A DNA stretch of 61,772 bases, counting the filler, from Bipalium vagum (lineage: Eukaryota), in assembly GCA_037834085.1 (NCBI GenBank). It is 3 parts of 3 records of this genome, joined end to end, with 100 filler letters (N's around TTAATTAATTAA, not from the genome) between each part and the next. Parts side by side here need not be neighbours in the genome. Positions count along the whole stretch, not along the records: positions 43,487 to 61,772 come from JBBMKC010033868.1; 2 more parts are not named here. One strand, 5' to 3'. Positions 43,571 through 57,249 of the stretch are shown here, piece by piece (position 1 is the first letter of the stretch; each line of letters starts with the position of its first letter). Under the pieces are notes generated by a model. That model saw only the letters and a list, made by a program, of their open reading frames with translations. It did not search any database and was not told where the DNA came from. The position numbers and the translations under genes are program-made.

Positions 43571-46500
43571 TAATATTTAAACAATCTTTTTTTATTATTC
43601 AGTTAACAATTATCCTTTTGAAACCGAAATATTTATTATCATAAATATTTTTCTTTAGTAATATTAAAATTTGACTTCAAATTATTTATTATAAATTTTT
43701 CATTTCTTCTCTGAAAAAAATTTTATATATTTATAATATATTTTTCATATACTTTTTAATTTATGTATTTTTTCCAAAATGAGTTATAATATAACTAATT
43801 TTTTCTACATGTCTGCATAGTTATGTCATCGAAGACCGGATAATTAAAAATTAGAGAAGTTGTTATTAATTCGTATTAATTTATTGGTCAACGGTTTAGT
43901 TGTAGAATAGTAAACTAATTAAATAAATCAAATGTGTCTTTGATTAACTTATTTCATTTTTATTTTATTTTAAATTCTATTTTTTAATATATATAGAAAA
44001 GGTTCATAAAATTTTTAATGAAATTTTTTTCCAAAAAATTAATTTTTTTAATTTAATATTAATTTAAAATGTTTAGATTCATGTTTTAATTTTTTCTATA
44101 TGATACTCATGTAAAATATTTTATCTGAAATTTAATAATATTTTTCATTGTGTTTTTTAAAGCTGTGTTAATTTTTGTTTGATTTTTCATTTATAGTAAT
44201 GATATTTTAAAATTATGAAATAATTATATCTACAGATGTAAATATAACATCACATTGTCTTAACATAATAACAAAGAACTTTGATTTTATAAAAACTATT
44301 CATTATTTTTATTTATATTATCTGTTATATGTCATCTAACACAAATATATGAGCCTATTTTATATAAAATAATAAAATTGATTTTCTTAATATTATAAAA
44401 AAAGACCTGTGTTTTAAACAAAACTGAAATTATAAAGATGAGAGATTTTCTTTTATCTTTGTTTTAGTGGTTGAAATTATTTGTAATACGAGAAGGATAA
44501 TTATACATCGAAATTTGAAGGAGAAAATAAATCGCTTTTTAATTTATTACTGACAAAAGTAAATATTTACCAAGATTTTTGAGATGTTAAATTGAAGCTG
44601 TGAAAATAAATCATTAAAACTGGATAATGTCTACGGATATTTATACTTATTCTTTTAATTGGAGTATGACATTAAGGAAAAAGAGGATAATTTAAAATAC
44701 TATTAAACAATATAATGAAATAACATAAATAATTATAATATCATATAACATATATGAAATAGAGAGTACATAAGTATAAAATTTCCCAGGAAAATTTAAG
44801 TATCAAACGCAAGATTATTAAAGTTTTGAATAATTGAAGACATTGATTACTTTTCCAATCATAAATAACTTTCATGTGCGCATTTATAATTAAAATGCAA
44901 AGAAAGTTTTCAATTTTTATGGTTGCTGATAAAAAATAGTGCACAATATCAACACTTTATTAAAGAGACGCTTTGAAACCTTTGCATGTATTTTGTTATT
45001 CTTTAAAATTAATTTCAGATTTTACATTATCTGCTTGATTCAGTCTTTTCAGTCTTGATTCTTCCGACTCTGCCTCCATGCTTCTGTGTTTTCTCTCATG
45101 GTACTTTGATCTTCTCAGATTATTGTTTTCTTTGCGTTCATAAAGTTGTTTCAGTGCTGATACGAACTTCCTTCTCAATTCGCATTATTGATATTCTTTC
45201 TGTTCTCAGCTATCACACACTTTGTCAATATATCACGCCTGTTCATGGAGATTTAGTTGGTTCAGATGTTGGTTTGATTTAAGTTTCGTACTGTAGTTTT
45301 TGGTAGTTTTCTGCATGAGCATTCTGCCAAATCTTTACCACTCTCGGTTTATTTATCACATATAATAAAGACCCCAAAACGCAGTCAAAACACCCAGTCA
45401 GTAATACGACAGAAAATTCTGGATAAGAAATAATTGGAGTACTCAATTAAAATACTTATGCTTAACAACTTCATAAGAATACAAAGACGTTTATTGAAAG
45501 TTCAAAGTATAAGTAAAGGTTAATAATTTTTGCAATGCAGTACAATAGATGTTATACTAGCCTTGCTTATTATATATATGCATGGTTTTGAAGACCAAAT
45601 ATTTTATAAAGACTCGAACATTTTTCTTACTCGGAACAAAGGAAGCCACTAAAAATAACTTATTATCTGCAAAATAAAAAAATCACTATATAAAATGGAT
45701 ATTAATAATAATAAAACACGGATGAATTTTGTAATATTTATCACTTAAATTGAATATTAAAAAACCGAGGTTACATTCTGACTTTGTAAATTCTATTATT
45801 GTAAATTCTATTAAATTCTATTACTAAAACTTACATACAATTTACAATATTTAATAAGAAGAGTCAACTTCACGGTTTATCTTGAACCCTTTGATAAACC
45901 GATTTGAAAATGTAGAACACATTCCATCGAGTGTTTTTCAACTTCTTGAATGTCCAATTTGTTTATGAAAACAATTTAAGAAAGACTCACTTTTGATCTG
46001 TCTAACAAAAATCACTGATAAGAGAAGATAGCATTTTTTGTTTATTTAAAGGTAAGAGAGATCTTTAATGATTTTCCTTTCCGAAAAAAAACAATACTAT
46101 GAAAAGAAAAGCAACTGACAAAACGAATTATGTCGATGAAATACCTACAATTGATCGGATAAAGAAATAACATTACTCTTTTATCACTAAGGTTTTCTAA
46201 CTACCGAGCTCTCGAATCTTAACAAACTTAAATGTAACCTCTGATGGGTACATCACCTGGATTCCATCTAATACAACCACAACAACATTGACCACTGCCG
46301 TTTCGGATGCTTTATCAAAGATACCAAAGAAAGGATAACAAGATTCACCTTGTTTAATGACAACATCTTTCAGTTAACAACAACATCTAATTTTCTAAAG
46401 GAATTGCGTTATTATCATAGCTTGTATTATCAATATATCACTCCCCTTAAATTTTATTTATCAAAATAGGGCTGATCTGGCACGGGATTTCTGGGTTAAA

Positions 46501-47524
46501 TTAAATTTCTCCCGATTTCTTATTTTAGCAGTAAAACACTTTTATAATTAATTTCCATTCTTCCGAAGGAGAAGTAACAACCTGAAGTCGGATTTCTGAA
46601 ATGGCTCGTGTTTATGATGAAGATTTTAACATATTTTTCGCTGTAAATTTTTTAGCTTTGTACCAACTTTTTATTACATGGACTTAATTAACGGAAATTC
46701 ACAGAGGCATTTCATTTTCAAGAAATTTCGAGAAAATATATTAAAAAATATTTTTAACATTAGAAAGAAATTTTTAAAATAAAATGAATGAATCCATTAA
46801 ATTAAACAGGAATATAATTTTTATTCTTTTTATATGATTAATTTTTTTATGAAAAACGATCTTTGACTATTAATAAATTTATAACCGGTCTTAAAATTTA
46901 TACAGAGAATAATGTTATAAGGTGTACAAGTTAATTTTCGCGTTTTTATTAAGTTTTATGTTATTTCGATAAATCAATATTTTTGTTTAATTAACTTTGT
47001 CTTATTATTTTCGCCATATTATCAGCTTTCCATACACACACAATAATTTTCATATAACTGTATGTAACATTTTAGTTTTAATAATCACCTTTTTTAAACA
47101 TCTTTTGATTTATAAATAAAAAAATAATTTTTAATTAATTTATAATTAATTAATTATTATGATTTTAAAAATATTTTTATTTAAATTTTAATATTTTAAA
47201 AATTCCGTGTGATAAATTGAATATTTTATAGTTAATAAAAATAATGATAGTGCAATTTTTAAATTATTTAATTAAAAAATATTAAAAAACATTTATTTTT
47301 TTATTCCAACTTTTTACGAACCCTGTGTGATATATTCAAAGATAGAATTTTAAATAAAATCAATAGGAAATAAAAAAGTTAATCAAAGAAGCCTTTGATT
47401 TATTTAATTAGTTTAGTATTCTGAAACTAGACAGTTAACCAATAAATTAATAATAATTAATAAAAAAATAAATACAAATTAATAAAAACTTCTCTTATTT
47501 TTAATTATCCGGTTTTCGATGACC

Positions 47525-47559
47525 TATAAATACGCAGACATTGTTAGAAATAATTAGTT
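47525..47559 (+). promoter_or_regulatory. TATA box plus initiator-like element for the peptide precursor gene
   Basis: TATAAATA at 47525-47532 in a CCTATAAATACG context and TTAGTT about 30 nt downstream. Confidence 0.55.
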
Positions 47560-47649
47560 ATATTTTATCATATTTTTTGGAAATTTATATGAATATAAAT
47601 TTCTAAAATGTTTTCAGAAAAGAAAAGAAAAAGTTAAATAAACCATTCT

Positions 47650-48184
47650 ATGGTAAACATCATATTTTTTCTTTTTAACAAACATTCTTTAGGGAAAATG
47701 AAAATAATAGAAAAAAAGAGCAAATATGGAAATTGCTTTATTAAAATATTTAATTATTCAGAATAAATTTATTTATAATAATAATAAGATCAAAGTTAAG
47801 TATATATTTTTTAAAATAAATAATTAAAATAAAATTTTTGTAATCAAAAATAATATACAAACCTCAGTATTTTTTTAAAATTATTATTTACTTTATGCTA
47901 AATATCGTACTTTATATTTCAATCATATATATTTTTAATAACTTTAGAAAATATTCGCGATATTGTTAGGAATGGTTATGTTAATTACGTCGGAAGAAAT
48001 GGAAAAGAGACCGGTCAGTATGCCTTTCTCATGGAAGAGTTATTATCAATACTACAAAAGACCTGTTTCAATGCCATTTCCTTGGTGGAAATATAATGTC
48101 AACTTTATGGACAAACGGCCTGTCAGCATCCCCTTTAGTTATTGGAAATATCATGGTTACACCCGACCAAATTGGGAAGCCTAA
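47650..48184 (+). CDS. Putative secreted peptide precursor (prohormone-like), join(47650..47652,47948..48184), 79 aa
   Basis: ATG|GTAAAC donor, TTTAG acceptor; MKIFAILLGMVMLITS signal-peptide-like segment, EEME spacer, three KR-PVS(M/I)PF repeats with synonymous codon divergence; TATA upstream, AATAAA at the stop. Confidence 0.85.
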
Positions 48185-49299
48185 ATAAACTTTATAAGAA
48201 ATGAAATTCTTTCATGAATTTGCTTTGATAATAAATTGGAAAATTGTTAAAATAATTTATTTTGAAGACNNNNNNNNNNNNNNNNNNNNNNNNNNNNNNN
48301 NNNNNNNNNNNNNNNNNNNNNNNNNNNNNNNNNNNNNNNNNNNNNNNNNNNNNNNNNNNNNNNNNNNNNNNNNNNNNNNNNNNNNNNNNNNNNNNNNNNN
48401 NNNNNNNTTTTTTAAAATATGTTTTACAAGATGTATGATATTTTAATATTTTTAAAATTAAAGAATTCTTTTTCAAATATATTAAAAATTTAATTTTAAA
48501 TATGAAACATTTCGAATTGAGATGTTATAAAGAGAGTAAATAAAATATTTAAGTCTTGTGTCATATTTTAAATAAAAAAATTAATATTAAAATCAAATCT
48601 ATAAGAAGAAAAAAAATTAATTGATTAATAAAAAATTACCGATTTTCACAGATTGTATTAAAAATATATAGAAAAAACTAAAAAGCTAAATACATAATAA
48701 TTATAAGAAACCATCATTGGGTATTTAAATTTTAATTTATAATCCACACAAAAAGTATAAAAATTATATATTATATTAAGTATATTATTTCAAATAAGTA
48801 GCAGCCTTTGGACATATTCGAGGATTTTCATATTTCATTTGGTATTAATAAATAATAATTTATCTTTGTAGTTTTTCCATGGGTGATATCAAGAATATTT
48901 TATAATAAAATGAAAATAAAAAATAATAGATATTTTTATAATAATATTAGAGCTTTTTTAGAATTTTTTAAAGTTTCATTAAAAATCGATCTCAACTTAC
49001 CAAAAAACCAAATAAAATCTTTGGTAGATTACACCAATTCTCAACTCAATATAAGATTTTATTACCTCTCATGATATTTTTAATTTTTTATTTTCAAATC
49101 AATTTTGTTTCTCATAACATGAACTTTGTTTTACATGTGAATGTGATTAACAAAATAAATCAACTTCGTCTTTAAGATTATTTAAAAACGAAAATGTGTT
49201 TATAAATTCTGCTAGAAATTATATTTATACTTTTATCCTGAAAAACAGCTTTACTGGAATAAAAATTAACAGAAAAATGTCAACAATGTCAACAACATA

Positions 49300-52200
49300 C
49301 ATGAGTGGCTGAAAAGTTCTGCAAATTTTTAAGACAATGATTTTGTTAAGATAGCTTTTTGTGGAGCCTTCCTCAATTAACATTTATTTTTTAGTGATCC
49401 GATAAAAACACTTAAACGTTTTGTTGTTTGTTGTGATTTTTATATTGTGAAATTAAAACTGTCAAAGAAATTTAATAGTCTTTTATTTTAATATCATTCT
49501 AGTATTTTATTATTATTATTATTATTAATATTATTATTATTATTAATTATTATAGTAATATGAAAAAACAAGGAAGATATAAAAAGTATGAAATTATTAA
49601 AAATCGATATTATGAACTGCTATTTATAGAAAATAATAAAATAAAATAATAAGGATTTCTAAAAATAGAAAATTAATAAAATAAATTTTATATTTAGGAA
49701 ATAAGTTTATAAAAATAAAAATCAGATAAAAAATATGTATTTAAACGAGAAGTATTGAACGAAAAATCAGAAGAAAAACGAAACACAAAGATCAAATATA
49801 GCACCGGGGAGTTTAAATTTTTGAGGTGACGTCACAAGGCTTGACTAGATACTAATACCAGTAAATTAGTCTGGATATAAAGAGTGATCTCCATCGCCCC
49901 CTCGAGTGATCGACAACGCCTCGAACCCGGCTCCCCCGGAAATTCTGGAAGTTGATGTGGACGGTCTTGAATCGGATTTACTTTCTCCGAACCGGACAAT
50001 TGATCTTGGTGTCATTAACTTCTTTGGTGGCACAGATCAAGAAATGCCGGTCATTGTCGTTGCCCTCTCTGTCGACCTGCTAAAGTATGCTCACTGCACA
50101 AAAACATACGCAATAAGATATGGAAAAAGTATTAATCACAACAAGTACCTTAAGCAGGTCCATAACATTAAGTTGAGCGACTCGCAAATTTACAAGTGCA
50201 TCTGCGAGCTGATCCTCAATCGCGAGGCTTTCTTCCCTCATGTTGCCTCCTATCTGAAGATGCCAGCTCCATCCTCCACTTTGACTCTTGATCATATACC
50301 TGTCAGCATAGAAGACAAAACGTCCAGCTAACTCGGGAGGAATGCAATCGAAGTCTACCTGCGGGTCAACATACAAGACCCTTCTGTTGTATTTATTAGG
50401 CCTTGGCATGCGATTGCCCTCATGCAGAGGAATCCAAACATTGACTCGGACCATATTTTGGGATTTGCTTGGCGAGTGGCTATCCAGCTCTTTCTATCCC
50501 GTTTCTCTGAGAAAGCGCCAAAATCGACAGTCTTTGTACACAGAGAGAAGATGAAAAATTCGACCTTCCACCTCAGACAGCTTCCTCGAGCTCCTGCTGA
50601 ATAGCAATCCAACCTCGCCACCAATTGACACACGCCTGCACCTGGCCCTGAAATCTCGAACGTTCACTGGTCTCCGAAAATCGGTCGATGCTACTCAAAA
50701 ATTCTTCTTCGGCTCCCGAGGTGAAGATGGAATGACGAGTTCAGATTGGTCGCACTTTTCAATCATGTGTTGAAACATGGGCGGATTCTCAGAGGATGGC
50801 GATCCTTGAAGACCACATTGATCCTGAAGCCAGGCAAAATCAGGTTTTTGCACCTCGTCAGCTCCTGGAGACCCATTACAATCTTAGCCTCGTCCTATCG
50901 TATCCTGGCTCTTCTTCTAAATAATCGCCTATTAGAGTGGATCGTTTCGGTTGTCCTCTTCCACCGTAACCAAAAGGCAATCCATTCACAAAACGGTTGC
51001 GGCGAACTTAATGAGATCATTGTTGGACTCAAGAAATACTGCCGCACTATCCAGAAAGAATTTCGCGTGTGCTTCTTGCATGTGGCGGGGGCATTTCCTA
51101 GCCTGCCACACGAGCTCATCTGACTCACTCTTCGTAAGTCTGGAATGCGGACATGGACGGTAACCTTTTAAAGAACATCTATAACAACAACTCCACCTTC
51201 TATGTATGCCACCATCTCATCACGTCATCCATTGCCATACATAGAGAGGTTAAACAGGGCTGTCAGCTGTCCATGTCCCTATTTTGTTTGGCAATCAATT
51301 TCCTGCTGAACCACTTTAGTAACTATCCTGGTTGCCTTCAGGTCTTCAATGATACGTTTGATTGCCTTGCGTATATCAATTATATTGCGGTTTTTTCTCC
51401 TTCTCATGAGAAATTGCAAACCATGATTGATGCGCTCAGCTGCTTGACCCATATCTATCTTTCCCTCAACTTAAATGGGGATATCTATGTCAGGGTGCAC
51501 CTCCGGCTCCTCTCCTGTCCATGGGGAACCAATCCCACCGATTGATCCCACTCATGTCTACTCATATCTTGGGGTCACATATGGTACCAACCTACGTACC
51601 AAGACCGATGAGATTCTGGAGAGGAATCTCTCGAACTTCTCACATATTATCCTATCTAATCTTCATCTGGCTCAGATGATCCATATCTACATGACCTTCC
51701 TGCATTCGCGTCTCCAATTTCAATTTGCGAATCGGGTAGTAGATCATCTTACTCTGACGTCAAAACAATCCCGCCAATCCCTTTACCGAGAACAACAGAA
51801 GGGTCGAGAAATAAATAAATTTTTATTGTTATTCCTTCTTCTTTTTTACTGTTCATAGTTTACAGATTTGCTAGTTGGTAAACTACCAAGGGCTTTAGCG
51901 GACTAAACTAAGTTTGCACCTAAATATATCTGATCTTTGACAGTTTTTAATTAAATAATAATTGTAAAAGATTTTTATTGTAAGAAATTTACAAATAAAT
52001 ATTTTAAATCTAAGTGTTCTTTCAATTAATATTTTCTTCATTTCAGTTGTGATAGTAAAGTGTAATTGTTGTGCTTTAAGCGTTTATCCATAAATAATTG
52101 TTATTTGGTTGAGTTAAATAAAAGTCCCTACATCGATTTTCTTAATCCAATTAAACTCATATATATAATTTTAAGAACTTAACATTTTAATGTAATAATA

Positions 52201-53090
52201 ATAGAATAATTGATTTCCCCATAAAATTTTTATACGAAATTTACTATTTGTTTGTTTGTTTAATTATAGTTAAATAAATGATAATGATTCAAAGTAACAG
52301 AAGCATAATAATTGAATTGTACAACTTGGAATGAAGACAGGTGATATCATTAAAAGAGGTGGTATAAAGAAACAAGCGGTATATGATGAGAATACAATCG
52401 ATTCAAAGAGACTGGTGGAATATTGGACCATCCTCGTACTGGTCGCTCTTCTTCCGCAACAACAACACAGTCCAAAATATTGTTAAAAGCAAGCTTGGGA
52501 TGCGCAGTTACAAGATAAGTCGTGTTCACTTCCTCAATGATGAAATGAAACTGAAGTGACTGCAAAAATATCGAACAATGAAACGCCTGATTGCAAGTGG
52601 GAAGTTAGTGAAAGTTATCTTTCACTCTTCAACAGGACTGGGCAACGGTTTATCCTACGAAAATCTACAATTTGTAGTTATGAAAACTTGTTTCCCAGCA
52701 TTTGGGGAAATGAATTTTGATCCCCATATTCATCAGATCTTAATCCGATGGATTTTTCCGTTCTGTTTATCTTGGCGAAAAATATCAATATTCAAATGCA
52801 ATAACATAGATTCTCTCAAAAGGCCCTGATCTCTGTGTTGGATTATATAACAGTGGAACGATGTGCGGCCATAGTTTTGAATTTTCCGAAGCGCCTTAAT
52901 TTATGTATTGAAACCGGTTGAGGCAATTTTGAACATTTATTGTAGCTTTTCGTTTATAATTATTATTATACTTTTAATAAATGACTGTTACTGTTCAGAC
53001 TTGTTGATTAGCTGGTTTATATAATATTTATATAATAGTTATCAAGTTTCAAAGTACTTTAAAAAGTTCGGAAACTTTTCAGCCACTCTG
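49300..53090 (+). mobile_element. Tc1/mariner (maT/rosa-like) element enclosing a non-LTR retrotransposon
   Basis: TIRs GAGTGGCTGAAAAGTT / AACTTTTCAGCCACTC flanked by TA; YNRFKETGGILDHPRTGR and PPYSSDLNPMDFSV remnants at 52.3-52.9 kb. Confidence 0.75.
49800..51860 (+). mobile_element. Decayed single-ORF non-LTR retrotransposon (R2/NeSL/R5-like), 3' truncated
   Basis: GC-rich block; N-terminal zinc-finger-like remnant; WRPITILASSYRI, NQKA...NGC, AFPSLPH, VKQGCQLS, YINY (decayed YADD), YSYLGV; several frameshifts and stops. Confidence 0.88.
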
Positions 53091-54165
53091 TACACACTAT
53101 CATAACAAAACTGAAAAAGAAAGTTTTTCAAAATAGCTATAATTTTAAAACAAATATATATCAAATAAAACAAAAACTCAGATAAATTAAAAATGGGAAA
53201 AAAATTCTTAAAACTTAAAATGAAGAAAGAAGGAAAAGCATTTGGCTTAATATATCGGTAAAATCTTGTAAACTTTTAATAATAAATCTTATCGAAGAAA
53301 AATTAATTATTTGGAAAATGTTTGTCAGTTTTGTGACATGAGTAATGAAAATTGGGATAAAAAAGATAAGGAGTCCAATTTAACTTAATTATTGGGTTGA
53401 ATATTTTCCCATGTCTTTCTATTGAATTAAAACAACAATATTTCAGAATACGTTTTGTTGTAGTCTTGGCATAAATTTCTGATGAGACCCCCATATAAAT
53501 TTTCACAAGAATCTCTAAAATAAAGGCCAATTATTTTCCCATCACTCTAGCAAAACTGAAAATGACTTCAGATTTTTGTCCGCTTTATAAGAAAACTCTT
53601 CTTTCACTTCATAAGGCGTCCGAGCAATGCTAATTATTTCTTTCAATAACCAAAGGATTTTTAATTATTTGTAAAGGATAATAATATCCAGACATCCCGT
53701 AGAAGACATTTATTATATGAAGAAGTTCAGGTCTTAGAAGTGAAGTATAAAAATTATTTAGTTGTTTTAATTAACGGTGAAGATATAAAATAAAGTTATT
53801 GAAATATTTTCGTTTTTTGAAAAATTAAAATGAAAGCGTTAAATTTGTTAATTAAATATTATATTAGATATACAAATGAGTTCAAATTTTTTCTTTAATA
53901 ATTATCAAAGTTTGCTACCATTTTGAACTCTTTTATTCAATACTCCAAAGTTGTTTTTGGAAGGGCATAATTTTCTCTGTTGATAGAAAAGATATTAAAT
54001 AACCTTTAAGACCTTCTTCTAGGAAACCAAATAATTTCAACTTTTAGTTAAAAGATATAAGTGAAGAGTTTTAAGTGGCTAAAAATTCTAAAACTGCATA
54101 AATCATCCTTCAAGTCAATAATGTATTTATAATTTATTGCAAATTACAAAATAAAACAGATAGAA

Positions 54166-55010
54166 TCATGTTTTTTGACCGAAATTTAATATATAAAATC
54201 TTGTATTAAAAGATGTTTTTGTCGATAAGAATACAGGTTTCGTCGGACCCTGGTATGTCAGTCCAACCCATACCATCACTTTCAAAGGATATTTTCTTTT
54301 TGAAAAAAGTTCACCTTTTAAATTTGCATATTTTCTAGACACAGCATAAACGACGTTGTTGTGTGGATTAAACTGACTATCTGCATCAAAAGATTTTTCA
54401 TCACTAAAAATAATTTTGTTCACTGCCTGTTTGCTAAATCTATGTCTTAACAAACATGAGCACGTCTTTCGTCTATTGATTTGGGACTCAGATAGATGGG
54501 GAACTTTTATTTTCCTGTAGCACTTATATCCCAAGTCATTATGTATAATATTTCCAATAGGTTCCTCTTGAACATTTGAAATCTAAAGCTAATTTTCTAA
54601 CTGATTTCTTTTTTTTTGTTTTTTGTAAGGTTTCTGTTAATTTTTTGATAAATGTTTTCGTTCTTAAGATTCTTGGACGTCCAGGGGAATTTCGAGCAAG
54701 TAATGATTTTTCCTCTTTTATTAGTTTAGTCCATCTATAAATAGTGGACTTTGGTACCGTTTTTGCTACAGCTTCATAAATTTCTTCAGATGTTTTCCCA
54801 TTTTCATAATGGGTTTAAACAAATTTCTTACACAGCTCTCATACGTCATTATCTAAAAGAAAATATTGCTAAAAATAACGTATGCTTATTTTGCAAAATA
54901 TTAAAAATCTTGGCATAAATTAAATCAATTAATAATTCAAATTTAAATTTTTTTAGTTTAAAAATAATGTATTTAAACAATTTGTTATTCTTTATTGGCC
55001 ACGCGTTATT
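54166..55010 (-). mobile_element. maT/DD37D-like transposase 5' part
   Basis: IIFSDEKSFD...NPHNNVVYA...KVMVWVGLTYQG. Confidence 0.85.
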
Positions 55011-57249
55011 TATTTATCTATTTTTATAAAATCATAAGAACAATAAAGGGTCAATAACCTTCAAGGAAGGAGTCAAGGGATTGTATCATGACTCACTCTC
55101 TCATCTACACGGCAATATTTCTGAGGTCAAAAAGTGATAAAGCAGTGGGATTTTTTGTACATATGGTTATTTTCGAAATAATTACGGACTGGTGTGCTAA
55201 GGGAGTTGCGAATTTTCGATTCTAGACTCAGATAAACCTTTTATGTGTGTGAATGATGATTATGTGTTGTATTCTGTGCTGCCCAAGATTGATGAAAAAG
55301 AGAGAAATAAAATAAGTGAAGATCAAAAAGAAATATGAAAAAAATGGTGCAAAGTGTTGCTTTTTCTAATGGACACGTTTATTTAGAGGTACCTTGAATT
55401 TCTTTGAATTTGAAAACATAATCAGTAATAATTATAGTAATAACAGACTGTTTTTCCTTAAAACATAATTGCATAGGATGGAATACCCATCACCATGCTG
55501 CTTATTGATTTAATTTTCATTTCTTTAATATTAACATCAAAAATTTGAGATCGGTCAAAAAGAGACTTGATGTCAGATACCGATCAAAAAAGAGACTTGA
55601 TAGTCATTTCTTTAAAAAACATGATTCAACAAATATTAACAAAAAATAATTTAATAAAATTTATCTTATTAAAACATTCAATTTTGTTACAGAAATATTA
55701 TTATTATTTTTAATTATTAAATTTTTATTTCTTCTAGAAATTTATATAATAATAATATTTTAAATTGTATAAAAATTTTCAATATTTTCATAAGTAAGAA
55801 GCATTCTAAGTTATTGACAATTCGATTTTCTAAACATAATGATTTACTTAAAATAAATAATAAATATAAAGGATTTTCTTGTCAAAGTAAAGATTACTGA
55901 ATCTCAACAGGAAGATGAATATATTTGAAAACTATTCAAATCTTATCGAAAAATATATTAAAGAAGAATAATAAATTTATAATTATTGAATTTCTACCAC
56001 ATATGTTGTTGACATACCATATTTATATAAACATAATAATAAATTAAAATATTATTAATTTTAAATAATTGTATTTTCGCTAATTCATCATAGATTATAT
56101 TTTTTTACCAATGTGCAAAACCGTAAATAAATCATGAACATTAAATTACTTCACAGGAACATGTAAATAATTTAATTAAAGCTTCTAAAGAGAAATGCTT
56201 TCCTACGTCAAATGCGAGACGCCTTACATCATTCTTTTTACACTTTTACATCAAAAATAGAGTTTCTTTGTTATGGATCTAAGTCTTTTATTTATTTTCT
56301 TTGTACATGGTCATTTAAACAAATGAACATTAGAATTAATCTGTTTTTTTCTTTTCCCAAAATAGACCCTTTAGATGGTAAAGAGAACCAATGTGTAAAG
56401 GAAAAGTTTAGGATAATTTTTCATTAAATTCTGTTTTTAATTAAAATATAAATTTCAGTTTCATGATCAAACCAATAATCTCTAATTATTTTTTTTATTT
56501 ATCATTTATTTTTCCAGGTAATTTAAACAAAAACGTTTCATTGAGAGAAATGTATTTTTTTCGAAAATTTATTGCTGTTCTCATCTTAACTATTAATTAA
56601 AAAAATTTTAGAATTAATTTCGCTTATTTTTACATGAAGTGTGTTTTTTATTAACAATATAATTACTATTGAAGTAATTAATAATTAATTTTAAAGCTTA
56701 AAATTTACAAATTAATTTTTTAATTAATCTAATTTTTAGATAAAACCAATTTAATGCTTTATTATACAATTTTTTAAAAATATTAAAAATATAAGAAATC
56801 TATTGTTCCAAATGAAAATAGTTAGAGGGTGTATCAAGAGTCACTATCTATTACAACAAATAATTGAAATCTTTCAAAACTTTAAATTAACAGAAAATAA
56901 AGTCTTTTAAAAATATTATTATTATAAAAATTATTATTCAATTATTATTCAATGTTTTTGTTTTATTTTACTAATTTATTTTTTCTGGTCACAATCTATT
57001 ACTCAAAATAATTGATATTAATAAAAAAATTTAAATTTATAGAAAATAACGTCTGTTATTTATTTTTTTCGTTTTTGGATATATTAAATTGTTCGGAAAT
57101 AAATTAGCGTTTTATATAAGTCAACTTTCGATGATTTTATTGTATATAAAATACGTATGAATGACATCATATGATATTCCAAATTGATGCTTAGATGATA
57201 AGGATTCATATTCTATATTAATTTGTTTTACTGCTTTAAATCTAAATGA

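Noticed and set aside
44996-45420. Charged ORF with ESEESRLKRL and a possible Helitron-like terminus
   Set aside because: No Rep/helicase motifs or clear 3' hairpin-CTAG end
47611-47617. TTTTCAG as a cis- or trans-splice acceptor in the peptide gene 5' UTR
   Set aside because: No convincing donor, and the motif is common in AT-rich DNA; needs transcript data
53419-53460. CTGATGAG hammerhead-like core
   Set aside because: No stem II followed by GAAA and no closing stems
53303-53720. Coding-like minus-strand stretch
   Set aside because: Broken frames and no motif I can assign
55040-55610. Possible Polinton polymerase remnant and a ~30-bp tandem duplication
   Set aside because: Similarity too weak; only two repeat units, so not an array
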